A stretch of 64,000 bases of DNA from Lepidodermella squamata (taxonomy: Eukaryota > Animalia > Gastrotricha), in NCBI GenBank assembly GCA_047495785.1, contig JBLDXI010000016.1:1-64000 (forward strand), given 5' to 3'. How positions within the stretch are numbered: position 1 is the stretch's first letter; each line of letters opens with the position of its first letter. The notes below the pieces were generated by a model that was not told the origin of the DNA, made no database searches, and worked only from the letters and a program-made list of their open reading frames with translations. Shown one piece after another: positions 22,389 to 35,231 of the stretch. A program made the translations under genes and the position numbers.

Positions 22389-22984
22389 AACCTTAGCGAT
22401 ACTAAGCATACAGTTTTGGCATGATCTAGTTTTCGCTTAAATTTCATTCAATTTTTAATTTTCAATTTCCTGATTAGCTAAGTTGAGCCAAATGTGTTAG
22501 GTCCCATTTTCACGCTTACTTGCCACCGCAGACGTGGACGCACATTTTCGATGCATAAATCAACTCCGTATGAGTCAAATTCGACTTGCTCGCTCGTTAA
22601 AATTCCTAGACATTTTCTTATGGATTTTTCAACAAATTTGCTGACTCTCCTGCTAGCTTCAATTTCGGAATATGTATAATGACGGGCGTTTGGAATCATT
22701 CTCCTATGTATAGGCAAAGACCGCCATTCGACCGAGCCATCGCCATTGCAGCCAAAATTCTATTATGGATTATTTTTCCGCACAGAATGAAAAGCCATTC
22801 TTTCAGGTGGCTGGTTCAGTCATCTCGGATTTGAATAATTTCATCTCTTCCTACCAACCTTCTAATAGGTTGAGTCGGCAGCTGATATGAGCATTAATCA
22901 AACTCACCACAAGAGCGAGGTTACTGCTTCATAAATATATAGTCATCTCTGGTATCAAGCTGAAGTATTTATCTACTAGAAAAA

Positions 22985-24197
22985 ATGAAAGTAACAGTTA
23001 TAGTTTTCTGTGGCTTAGCCGTTGCTGTTTTATTGAATCGACAAGTCACTGGACAGAGCATCGGTATTCACAGGCTTTTTTCGCCATGGAATGCAACTAG
23101 GACACAGGTGAACATTGGTGGACCCAGTAGACGAATCGCCCCGCGAAGACCAGATGAATGGCTGGACGCTTTCTCAAAGGATTACTGCGGTTTCGGGAAT
23201 CTGAATCGACAACTACGGATCGTTGGTGGATCAGATGCAAATACCTATGACTACCCTTACAATGTGCTACTCAAGTAAGGCATCGGGGCTATCTTTAAAC
23301 CCTTAAACCTTACCGTCATTTCCACTTTTCACAGCACTCTAAAAAATGATGGAAAAACGTCGACTTGTGGGGGTGTGTTAGTAGATCGCGAATGGATACT
23401 AACAGCAGCACATTGTGTTGAAACTTCGAGAGCCGTAGCATACCTAGGCGCTCAGTTCCTGTCACCTTTGCCTTCATCGGCCGATGGAAAAGCTGTTGTG
23501 CCAAGAAACGTTAACCGCATATTTCGACATCCAAATTACAGGTCATACGGTACTTATGATGATTATGACTATGCCTTGCTTAGGATAGGTAACGCAAAAT
23601 CACATTTTGAAATAAGAATTCGAATCATCTTTGAGTAGAACCATTAGCTGAGTATACTGACGATTACTCACCGATTTGCATGTTCGAACGAGGAACGCCT
23701 AGCTTCGCAGGAGAGCGCGTAGTAGCAACAGGTTTCGGCCAGCGTGGAACAGAAAAGAAACCGAGCGAAAGGTTACAAAAGCTCTCGCGGAATGTAATGT
23801 CTGACGAGGTAAGCAACATAACTGCTGTATATCGCAATTTGATGTTTTCATTATTTTCAGGATTGCGTTTATTTTTACCGAAAAATCAACAAAGAATCAG
23901 TAAGTATTAGTCATGTTCCATGCCGTTTCACTCCAATTCTTTGTGAAGATGGTTTGCATTAACTCATACTCGGGCCGTGGGATTTGTGCCGGAGATTCAG
24001 GCGGCCCATGGGCAACAGTGGCTGAGCCATTCTCAGGATCAGGAAAACGATCTACCTTAGTTGCATTGACCAGTGTGGGCCCACCGGAGTGCGGAAGCGG
24101 GCCAGATATTGGCGCGCGAATGACAGACAGCATTATCTCCTGGATCAAGGGACTCGTTTCCAAGAACAACAATCAATGGTCCAGACTTCATTGGTGA
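22985..24197 (+). CDS. S1 serine protease, tandem paralog (multi-exon)
   Basis: Signal peptide, R-IVGG, TAAHC, DYAL and GICAGDSGGP (Gly rather than Asp at the S1 pocket position). Confidence 0.9.
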
Positions 24198-24920
24198 AGC
24201 TCCATCGGTTGAAATTTCTGGTGCGTGGCAGCAGGAAATAACATTGCATAACAAGATTTTGTGAATGCTCTGTTAACAGACGCATCTCTTCTTGCAATCG
24301 AAATTGTACAAACCTGTATGCCGTATGTTAATAAGTTGAAATGAATATTAAAAATGCAATCGTTAAGCTTTGAAACTTTAAACAAATCAAACAACCAATG
24401 TCTTCAATCCGTTTGAGTAAAAGCTGTTTGACCTCTCTTTAACTGTAACCGTAACACTGTAACAGATAGGACACCAACGATCTTTCCATAGTGAATTTAT
24501 TCGAGCTGAATTTGCAAAGAGTGCGGTTCGCGACCAATTTTTAAAAATTAGTGCAAAGTAGGATCCTGTAACATAAGGAGCAGAATACTCAGCCAAAATC
24601 CCTAAGGGCCCCCCCCCCCCCCTGTTGATTTTTCAGCCGCACTCTGTATGGAATCCAAGAGCACCCCTGTAACTCGCACCCATGGATCGTTGTTTTCCAA
24701 GCGCAGCATCGCTTGCCTGGATTCATTTCATCGAACTGTCTACAGGTACGATGACGGCCAATGAAAGAGCGGGAAGCCATGTTTGCTTCATTGACTAAAA
24801 AATTATGATCCTGGGACATAAATGATGTTTATTACTTGTCTAGACGAATGTTGTTGTCAGTACTTATTGAGTGCCAACACAACACAATATTCGCCTCTCA
24901 AATATTATAAGATTTCAACT

Positions 24921-25725
24921 CATGGAAGTTTTGAGTTGCTGTTGCTGCCCGATACTTTTGGCTTACGCGGCTGTAATGTGCTGCGAATCGTCCCAAGATT
25001 CAGACAGTGATTCCGATGATGAATCGATTGTTGATGCTCAAGAGGAATTGAAACCGGAAGAATTCCCTGGTAGCATCAGAACAAGTCAGTGGGATCTTTA
25101 TCACATCAATGAAAACGCTGAATTCGTGTAAGTTTTTCATCCCTTTATTTCTCCCTATCAAGTAACACCGATTATAATTGCAGGACAGGGTATCAACGAG
25201 AATTCGTCATCCGAAGCTAGAGAATGAAGAAGCTTAGAACTTGGAAGGGCAGAGCGTTATTACTGAAAATACAGATATATGAAATATTCATTCCGATGCC
25301 GTCTAGATCGATGTGTGATCAATGAGAAGCGGATTTATGACAGCTCTATTCTTCCTCAAAGCGACCTCGTCAAAGGGCTCGGTTCTAACCAGAAGCTTCA
25401 GGCTCATTGCGAAATAAAAAAACTTGCTTCATTTGGGATAGTCCAGACTTCCGTCACATTTCCGAGCCGAGTACAAGAATCTTCCATTGAGTACAGGCCC
25501 ATTTCTATTTTTTGGAGGATCTCTAAACTCTGTTGCATTCATAACAGGTCATTGGAGCAGTTAGTGCAGGCATCGATTGGCGAGAAGCGCTTAGGAAAAA
25601 ACATGCCAGACACTACCTTCGCTTACTACAGTGCTCCCTCGATAAAAGCACTGGGTCGGGAGCCAGACCCGGTCTTTAAACAAGGGAAAGCTATAACGAG
25701 GGCTGTAATTGAATGCAGGAGCTAA
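24921..25725 (+). CDS. Small orphan protein, copy 2 (possibly degenerate; boundaries uncertain)
   Basis: VDAQEELKPEEFPGSIRT...HINENAEF + GTAAGT; the upstream TTATGATCCTGGGACA...TGTCTAGAC motif is shared with copy 1. Confidence 0.45.
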
Positions 25726-26963
25726 AAATAGACCGTTGCTACGTCTTAAGACAGTTGCCATGGCAACGCGCTGTAAGAGACGGACACGGTTTATGTGTAA
25801 TTGCAAATTTAGCTCGCTGAAGGCTGTGAAATGATTAAGCGATGAATCATAAGTGCGTCGTAAAATTTATTTTCCTAGTTGCCAGTTGCCAGGGCGACTT
25901 TGATTTGACTGGTCAGCCATTGTTTTTTTTTACTCAGATCTTCAGTCCTGCCTGAGGTTAACGAACTCACAATAAAAACAGAACGTGGCATCTCATTATT
26001 TCGGTTTACTCCAAGCTCGTCCGACTAAAATAGCAAAAATTCATTTACAATCACAGCTGAAAAATGCAAACATATATAGGTATCCCAAGCTTTAACCCTT
26101 GGGTCAAATGGGTCCTCTTTTTACAGTGAGCGGAACCAAATTAGCTGTCGCGGAACCAATTTTGGAATTTTCCAGTGGCCTGATATCACTTATCTGATAT
26201 TTCTCTAGGGTCAAGATTGACCAGAATAATTCTGAAAAAATCACCAGAAAATGTAGCGTAACATTTTCTAGAAGACGGAGTGTTCAATTCAGAATTCACG
26301 CTTCGCATGCATTTTTTAGAATTATTCAAAAATGACTAATTAATGTGAAAAAATTAAGATAATTTCGATAATTTTTACGCAGCTACGCTGCCTCTTTCTT
26401 TTTTGAATTTCACTGAATTAATGGCATTGGGCGATCACGGACCTCGGGATTCGATAGAAGATTTGATTGAATCGAATGAATTAATATCTTCTCAGGCGTG
26501 GTCTGATTTTCATTCGACTGTCCTATTTAGATCAGAGCAAGCTGAAAAATCGGGCAGAAGCTCCCGCCGCCCCTTCTCGGGATGTTGCAATTTTCAAAGT
26601 CAAAATCGAATCATAAAAAGATGTGAAAAAACCGGGAAAATTGCCAGGGCGCTGAGCAATTAAATTGTTAATTAGTGGCAGCGAGTTGCATGCTAGATCA
26701 GGCCTATCGACTTTCAAAAATCGGCTAAAATATCCAATAACTCAGGACAACTCGAACGAATGATAACGGTTTATTATGAGAATAAATCTATGTATCTAAA
26801 TTCAATTAAATCTGAAAACATGGACACGATTCTTCGTGATTACGCAACGGCAGACCGTCAAAACAGCGTAGTCACGAAACAGCGAACGCGACAAAACAGC
26901 GAAATTACCACTTGCGACGTAACAGAGTGGGACGGAACAGCGATTAAGGCTAAACGCGACATA

Positions 26964-28218
26964 CGTCGTTTTTACACGACGGAGGGGTACGGAGGCGTTC
27001 GTTAACGCCATCGGTTACTATGCTCTATTTAGAGGCTCTGTTAAGACAGATTTCGATTACGCAACTGAGGAATTTCGGAAATTTGAATCTCGATTTTTTT
27101 CCAAAGCGCCAAGAAAGCAATTTCAAAAATGAATTTTAGAAGTATAATTTCTTCTTTATGGTTACTTGAAAGTTATTTTTACTTGTAGCCTCAATTAGTG
27201 GAATATTTCGGCACGTTGAATTTCTTCAATAATTTGATTATCTGATTAAATTTACTAATTTTGCCATATTCAAAGCGGAAATTTGATGAGCAAAGAATAT
27301 TTGACTATCAACCCTAACGTCGATAATTTTTTAAAATCGGTTCACCATTTAGATGGTCACGGATTGAGAATTTCGCCCTATTTTTCTAATAAAAGTCGTG
27401 ACCTACAACAAATAAAACTTGTCCCATGATTTACGCAACCATTTTTTGAATTTTCAAATTTTTGGAATAAAAAAACCGAGGAAAATATTTGATCCTTTTT
27501 AATCGCGATTTATTCCGCTGATATTTGATCCTTTTTAGCCGAAAGAAATTCAGCGTGTTCCATAAGTTATCGTTGTTGATTTTTGCAAGTTTTTGGAGGA
27601 AATTTTGCTGAATTTGTTCAAAATCAAACCTATGGGAAGAATCTTCCAGCCTATATCCGCGATTTACCGTAGAAATTAAAAATTCACGGGGAAAACCCGG
27701 AAAACTCCTGCTTTCCGGTAATTTTGGTTATTTTACACGCTATAACAACAGATTTATAATAATTTTTAATTTTTAATCATCCCCCATTTCGACCTCTACA
27801 AAATATGAAAAACATCGTCGCGGTCCTTGCTTTAAAGAACGACATGTTGTATAAAAAATAATAAAATATAAATATAAAATACAACACATTTTGATGTCAC
27901 ATTCGACATTCAAAATATTCTTCACAGCAGTGAAATGCAGCAAAATGATTTTGCCCAGCCTCCATTTGCCATAGCCACGAAAATTAATTTGCTGCGGTAG
28001 CTGAATTTGATTTCGGCCCAACCTAAACTTAATTTCCTTCAGCTACAACTCATTTTTCAGTAAAAAAAATTCTCAGGGCATTTTCACTCTGAAAACCAAT
28101 TAAAAAATAAAAATTCACTTTTTTCGCGAGAGCGCAGTTGCGTAATCAAAACAAAGCGTCTGGCAACTGATGGCATTAACGAACCCCTCCGTAACCCTCC
28201 GCTAGTCTAAAAACGACG
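26964..28218. repeat. ~1.25 kb AT-rich segment bounded by ~55 bp imperfect inverted repeats (likely non-autonomous DNA transposon)
   Basis: CGTCGTTTTTA...GGAGGGGTACGGAGGCGTTCGTTAACGCCATCGGTT at 26964-27016 is inverted at ~28165-28218. An inner GATTACGCAACTG at ~27056 is inverted at ~28135. Confidence 0.6.
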
Positions 28219-28359
28219 ATAACAGCGTTGAAAAGTATTATTATTACTAAAAACGCGACAAAACAGCGAAGGACGAAAACAGCTGTTGCTATTAAATAAA
28301 CAGCATAGGCTAGAAAACACCGCGCTTTATTACTCAATAAATTAATTAGTTAACTCGCT

Positions 28360-28965
28360 TTAACTCGCTGCTGATAACGTCGAGGCACAACAAAATCCGC
28401 CAGAAGATTGCTTTGGAACTACGACGCCAAGGATACAACGTCACTGAAGAGGGACACTGTATAGCCGAAAACGGATCCTCTCGGCGTTTTGATATATTGG
28501 CATTTCGAAGAGGAAGCAGACATGGAGCAATCATCGACCCCACAATTAGATTTGAATCATCAGAAGGTCAATTCGGAGATGTCGACATTGAGAAGCGTTC
28601 GATCTACGAGCCGTGTAGCAAGTTCATCTGCGAAGCCTTTGATTTGGACTCGATAGAAGTACACGGCCTTTATATCGGCACACGGGGCTCGCTAACCAAA
28701 GAAGCGATCCAATTACTTCAAGATTACGGAATCAGCAGCAGTACAGCTGTTGATATGGCCCATCAAATCCTTAAGGATAGCATTAGGATCCTGAATAATC
28801 ATCTTTACTCAAATAGCCAACCTACTCAAAGACGCTAACTAATCAATCAATCAAGCAATTAATTCATCAATTAACCTCATCAAATTATAAACTTAATAAT
28901 TTATAATCCTGTGTCTCAAAGGCAATGTTATAGTTTGTATATAACACAGTATACCAATAAAAGGT
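28360..28965 (+). mobile_element. 5'-truncated non-LTR retrotransposon fragment (restriction-like endonuclease clade, R2/NeSL/Utopia-like)
   Basis: RHNKIR...EEGHC...RRFDI...IIDPTIRFE...EKRSIY...GLYIGTRG endonuclease C-terminus, then an AT-rich 3' UTR with AATAAA. No RT domain present. Confidence 0.75.
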
Positions 28966-28998
28966 TTTCTCTCTCTATACTAATATAATGTCTCTGTA

Positions 28999-29176
28999 CA
29001 GTAAAATCTCCATAAATTTGATGTCTATAAATTAGACATCTCCATGATTAGACACTTTTTATCGGCGACGAACCGCAAAGACAACTATTGTTTGGAATTT
29101 CTGTATCTTAGACAGCTCCAATATTAGACGGTTTAAGGTCTCTACGGAAGGTGTCTAAATTATGGAGGTTTTACTG
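28999..29176. mobile_element. Tc1/mariner-pogo type MITE (178 bp)
   Basis: TIRs CAGTAAAATCTCCATAA / TTATGGAGGTTTTACTG flanked by TA on both sides. Confidence 0.85.
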
Positions 29177-31329
29177 TATATTGTCTCTTGGAGCACGGTG
29201 GGTAGCTCTATAGATCCAGTATCAAAATGTTTTACCGTATTTTACTGCGGTCATTTATTGGTCATTTCGTTATGTATAGGTGGATCAGATGAAATTAGAT
29301 CCCCGAAAATACTCGAATTTCGACACTGTCGCTATATGGTGATGCTAAATGATTATTTTTGTTTGACTTACAGGGTCAATGAATCGTAATCCAATGGATT
29401 AAAAGCAATTTTTCGTCCATGGAATCGACGCGATTGATTGATCAGCCGTTGAAAAAAGAAACATAATTGAAATCCGATCTGTTGATCAGCCACCGATAAT
29501 CGATTATCGGTTACAGATACAAAAGATTTGATGTCGCCATCTTGTTCAGCGGCATTTTTTACCCTAATTTCCAAATTTTGATGCACCTGTTCCTCATTAT
29601 AACGCAGTTATCGCGGAATCATTTTCGGTTGGGATTAAGTAGGCGGTTTATTAGACCTTGATTGCCCTCCTATCAGCGCGGCCTTTCAAATTTACAATTT
29701 CAAGTTAAACCGGAAAAACCGCTTCAACAACGACTTCAACTCTAACTGAAAATGGTTATAGTGCGTTCACAAACTACTTCGGAGACCGACCGCTTCGGAG
29801 AGAAATAGCAAAACTTCGGCGCAGCGTGACGACCGAAGTTTCTATTGTTCGCGGCCGAAGTTTGGCCGCTCGCTCACACACCACGCGCGGGTATGGCTTT
29901 TACTCAGGGTCAATGCAATTTTTTTCCATTTCACCTTAATTCTCCGAATTGTTTGCATAACGAGACGCGCCTTCTGATGAGGATAAAAAGAAGCTAAATG
30001 AGGTAATATCTTTCTATCGGAATAATGTCTCTCGTTCACGGAACAAAATATCTACAATTATCCGAAAGACATTTTAATGCGGAAATTTGCGGAATTTATC
30101 GGAAAGTATCTCTTTTCCGTCGGAACAATGAAGCAATAAAAATATGACAGTCACGCTAAGGCAATGGCGGCAGCCGGCCCAGTCAATCCTGGCTAATTTA
30201 TAGCCATAGTAACCACATTTCCAGATATTTGAATATTGAAATACCACAGTGCACTCAGTTCTCAAATTAATTTAATTTGCTGAATTATATTTAAACACGG
30301 GGATCTTTTGATGTTGAAATCGCCCTTATCGCATACCACATGGCTGATCAGTCGCTTATACGACCCGAGCTTCAAATCTTCTATTGCTCATAAATTTCTT
30401 CACAAAATGTTCTTGACCTGTCAACCTGTTTTTGCTAGTCATCGATGACCTTCAAACATCAAATTAACTAGCGATAGTTCGTTTTTTTTAATTTATCGCC
30501 TTTTGCGCGTGAAATGTGGATAAAGGATAAAGGGTAAGGTAAATGTGAGACCTTAGTTTCAATTTTGCCACTTTCCGTCGCTTAAAAGACATTTTCAGAG
30601 GATATTCAGCAGCTTTGATGGAAAGTTCGCGACTTTGCTTGTGGTTGCACAGCTGGCGACTTGGAAGGCTGAGGTGACCCATTCCGCCGTTATGAAGACA
30701 TTTTCCTACAGAGCGAAGAAAAAGCCCTGTTGCCATGCGTTGGCTTTGGCCCACGAGCTAAGATCTGTCGCTATCGATCCGTGGCATCAATCTGTTCCTC
30801 TAGCGGTTAGAAGTTGAAACGATGTCCTGAGCCCGTTCGCCGCCGAAAACCGGTTGGAGCTATGGAGTATGAGAGATCGAACAGGCAGGGCCCTGTTGAG
30901 TATACTGAGTTAGGCAAAAATCGGCAGCTCTATTTGAGGAGGTAGTTATGGGTTGCGCTTCGCATGCTTGTATTACTTGTAACCCATAACAAAATCGCGG
31001 TAGAGGTCCTACATATTGTTCCTAATGGTCGTGTGACGTGTGACCCAAAGCTGAGTTTCCCGTTAGGCAGTGGAAGCTCGGCCCCTGTTCGTGATGGCTA
31101 GAGGCGTGGTTGATTGTTCCGTCATCGAAAAGACATTTTTTGAGGAAAAAGATATTGAGAGTGGAAAATAAGTAATTTCGCATGAAAAGAGATATTTTTA
31201 TTATTCCGATAGATTCCGACGGTGGGAGATATTTTGTTCCGCGTAATAGAGACATTGTTCCGATAGAAACATCTACGGCCAGCTAAATTTCAGCGCTCAG
31301 TTCACCAGATTCGCTATAAAGAAATATTT

Positions 31330-31990
31330 GCTAAAATATTCTCGCGCATTCTCATCAAAGCCAGATGGGATGCTGGAAGAAGCATCAAAAGCAATGACTG
31401 GGATCCTAATCCCATCCACGAAAAAGCGCAAAAAGGAGAATTCGTGTAAAGTTTCTTGCCTTTATTATTATTCCCTACCAAGTACCACCGATTACAATTG
31501 CAGGGCAGGGCATCAACAAGAATTTGCTCTCTGAAGTTTGAGAAAGGAGAAGCTTTGACCGGAACAGAGCGTTCATCGTGAAAATAAAGATCTGACGAAT
31601 TCATTTCAACACGCAATTTTCAAAATCGATGACAATTACATTTACTATTGTTTCTTCCCATCAACCTCTCCAAATGGCTGAGTGCCAGTCAGAAGCTGTA
31701 CCAGGGTCATTCAGAAAGGAATCCCACTTCATTCGTGTTAGCCCAGACTCTCGCTATACTTCCGAGCCGGATACAATAAGAATAAGCCTTGTCAATTGAG
31801 TCTAGAGGCGTTCGAATTTCTATTTCCAGGTGCCAGGAGGATCCCTATACATTCTGCTCGATGAAAACAGGTGGTGAGAGAAGTTCGATCAATCAACGAT
31901 TGATGCGGGCCGCTGGGACAAAAACATGCCTCATGCCTCATTAACTAGCCCTGGAATAGCTGACTATTTAGGGCATCAAGTCCGTTGACA
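31330..31990 (+). pseudogene. Small orphan gene family, copy 3 (degenerate)
   Basis: GRSIKSNDWD...GEF plus donor, intron end ACCGATTACAATTGCAG and downstream CCAGACT...TTCCGAGCCG segments align by eye with copy 2 (25070-25620). Confidence 0.55.
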
Positions 31991-32427
31991 ACAACAAAGA
32001 AATGCTCTGTTGATTATTTGAAATTACGTCAATAAGTCGAAATACACGGAATTAGGTTATTTATAACGTGAACTGTGATCAATTCCAAATTGCAACGCTG
32101 AAACTCTGCGAAACACGCGAAACGAGCGTCTCCCAGACAGTTGCTTGGCGTTAATTAGGTGAACATCTCGCAAGGCGAGGTGAGTGCATTAGAGTCATTT
32201 ATCATCTGTATGCCTCTCGTGTTTCTTTCTACCTGACAATTTTTGCTACAATTTTTGATTTAATCAATGTTAAAATGTAAATGATGTAAACCCCGCGTAA
32301 TAATTGCCATGCACTCTCAGGTATTTATACTATTTGAAACCTGATCTTTAGTCCAAAATGATTCTCTTTTCCCAGCGATAAGTCTAGCTTTAGCCTAATA
32401 AGTTTATCACTAGTTCAACAATTTTTA

Positions 32428-34380
32428 ATGGTTTCTACTTCTATTCTTGTAGCGCTGCTCGTGACTACCGGGCTTGGCTATGGCCTAGCAAAGCCCTATA
32501 AATTGAACGCATTGTACATAGCCCCTAATGGTCTGGTTAAGAACAGCTCGTTTCAGGTTGTAACTCAATACGTCATTGATTATGTCAACAAAAGGAGCGA
32601 TATTCTACCGGATTACGAACTGCAGCTAACAATTGGCGATGAGGGCAACGGCGGGATTTTATCTGCTCGTCACGTCATCGACTATTACGGCAGAAGCTTT
32701 TCGACCTCGTCCTACAAGTCGCCGGTGATCTTGGGCCCTAATACTTCGAATGGTTGTAAAGCAGCTGGAGCCCTGCTGGGTTATCTTAACCTAGTTGAGT
32801 TGAGCACTTTCTGCGCTGCCGCTTTCCTTACGGACAGGACGAGATACCGAAACCTATACCTCATGTACTCGACAGGCAAAGTTTTAGCTGTTGGAATCGT
32901 TCGTTTTGTCAAGGATGTTGGAAAATGGTCCAGAATTGCCATTTTAGCCGATGCAACTAATACAAATTCATTTTCCACTGCTATCACGGTTAATTCATTT
33001 GCTATTGCTGCTGGGGTTGATGTTCCAATCTTCGATGCCGATATTGAGATGAGTTCGGACAAAGTATTGAACCTGAAGAAGTTGGATATTCGAATTTTCG
33101 TTCTATTCGCATTTTCAACAAACAAAATAATAACCTGGAGTTTGATTTGCAACTTGGCGAAGCATGGAATGATTGGGCCGAGGTACTTCATTATCACAAA
33201 CACGAATTATCAAGACTTTACCGAAGCCCCTGAAGAGCCTTATCTAGGTTGCAAAAGGGCAGTTTTTGCTGAAGCTTTGAAGTATCTAGTTTTCATCAAC
33301 CAGCAACGCTACGATGAATTTCTGCCAACTAAGTCATCATTTGGGCATTCATTCTCCGAATTTGAAGCTGCGATCAGAGCCGTTCAGCCTGAAGTGAAGT
33401 CTTATTCCGATTATCTATTCAGCTTTACGTATTACGACACGCTACTTCGAGGGGTTATGGCTCTAAATGAAACGGAAATTCGGCTGAAAGCTCGGAATCT
33501 GACCCTAAGAGATTACGAGCAGAATCAGAAGCTTGTCATGGAAACTGCCAATGAAACACTGTATAATTTGAAGGCTTTCGGGCTTCGAGTCGGAGCTATG
33601 TTCTATGGAAGTACTGGAGAGACTGAAAATAATGTGGTATCAATCGGTCATTTCTCCCCCAACTTCGGATTTCGAAACGTTCTATCAGTTCGGTTGAAAC
33701 AAGAAGCTACTGATTCGAATTACACTTCGCATGAGACAGTGAGAGTTGGGCCATACGACTACAAGTTTCTAACTGGCAGTCCACCTAGGGATCAAAGGGA
33801 GTACGTTAACATCACTTTGCAACCTTCAGTGGGAGCTGAAATCACCGTGACTATCCTCGCTTCCGTGCTTTCTTTAACGCAATTCGTGATGATCGCAATT
33901 TTCAGCGCGGCTCTGATTAGGGCAAACATCGGAGATGAGCACGACCTGCTTATCAAATCAGTTGGATTAGCTACATGCGTGATTTTCAACATTTCTGCGT
34001 CTATTTTTGCGTGGCGCGTTGGCGATTCTCTGTCAGAAGCACGTTCTCTTTGGATATTTAATTTTGTAATAATTGTCTTCGGCACCTCCGGACATTTCGC
34101 TCTCACGTCTTTTCGAGCTACATTTCTCTACAAAGAACTGACTATAAAACAAAACTTGAGAAGGGAAAGATCGGCAAGGAGAAGTGTTTTGGTGATTCAC
34201 GGTCGTCAAAGTGTTGCTGAACTGCCTCAAATCTTGAAAATCAATCACAAGCGGATACGAAAAAAGAGTCTGATAGCCTCGGCTTTCTTTCTTCTGATGA
34301 ATATGGCTGTCTTATCAATTTGGCTTACGATTCACCCAATTGATTGCATAAATGAAATGCATAAATATTGTCAACTTTGA
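32428..34380 (+). CDS. GABA-B-like class C GPCR paralog, truncated after TM4 (possible pseudogene)
   Basis: Colinear and highly similar to the 18540-20867 protein but stops at 650 aa, lacking TM5-7. Confidence 0.8.
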   Translation: MVSTSILVALLVTTGLGYGLAKPYKLNALYIAPNGLVKNSSFQVVTQYVIDYVNKRSDILPDYELQLTIGDEGNGGILSARHVIDYYGRSFSTSSYKSPVILGPNTSNGCKAAGALLGYLNLVELSTFCAAAFLTDRTRYRNLYLMYSTGKVLAVGIVRFVKDVGKWSRIAILADATNTNSFSTAITVNSFAIAAGVDVPIFDADIEMSSDKVLNLKKLDIRIFVLFAFSTNKIITWSLICNLAKHGMIGPRYFIITNTNYQDFTEAPEEPYLGCKRAVFAEALKYLVFINQQRYDEFLPTKSSFGHSFSEFEAAIRAVQPEVKSYSDYLFSFTYYDTLLRGVMALNETEIRLKARNLTLRDYEQNQKLVMETANETLYNLKAFGLRVGAMFYGSTGETENNVVSIGHFSPNFGFRNVLSVRLKQEATDSNYTSHETVRVGPYDYKFLTGSPPRDQREYVNITLQPSVGAEITVTILASVLSLTQFVMIAIFSAALIRANIGDEHDLLIKSVGLATCVIFNISASIFAWRVGDSLSEARSLWIFNFVIIVFGTSGHFALTSFRATFLYKELTIKQNLRRERSARRSVLVIHGRQSVAELPQILKINHKRIRKKSLIASAFFLLMNMAVLSIWLTIHPIDCINEMHKYCQL

Positions 34381-35231
34381 TCTGGATTATTCCGATTTTG
34401 ATGAGGCAGCATTGGCAGCAATATTTGATTCCTAGAGTTGTAAAATCTTCAATTTCGTCGTGATTCATAACTTCTCGATAGCAAATTTACAAATGTACCT
34501 AGTCTACGTACTCCGGTGAATGACTGTTGTGATTTTTTTATTTTTTTCGTCATCTACCGTCGTTCGAACTTCACTTTATTGGGTTTTATAATAAAATTGA
34601 CCTGTCCATTGCCACTGTTCTACATGAAATCTAGCCATAAGTATTGCTTACTACTCATGCTGAGAAGTGAAAGGCAACAATAGACTGAAAAATCGCGCAG
34701 GTTCAGCTTTCAGCCATCATCTCAACTTTTCGAAGTAACAAGAGCTATCTATGATTGCTGGTTTCATCACTTATCTAACTAGGAACTAGGACGTATACGC
34801 GGCATCGCTAATGTTTGTGCGATTTTTCGGCTCATTTCCCGTGCTATTAAAGCCCATTGTTTTCAAATTTTATGCGGCTATTAGAAAACGCACTTCGATA
34901 CAGAGTAAAAGTGTATTTACCTTACCGGCATCAGCGCAGTTACGCCGATCAATAGCCCGTAATTCTTGTCATTTCTAATGCGATATTTTCGCCGCAATGT
35001 TGTCTTTAGCTAATGAAAGTGTCAAAGAGGTCGTCACACGAGGCCGACTGTCAAATACACACGACGCTTTTTTCACACCTCGCCTCAAAGCAATCATTCA
35101 AACTATATACCAGCAGACAGGTAAAAAACGAGCGGCTTTTAATTCAATAGATAGTTGATAGTTCGATAGTTGAATTATTTGCTCTTTTTTATTTATCTCT
35201 TCAAGACATTCGAGTGCCCTAATTTCAAACC

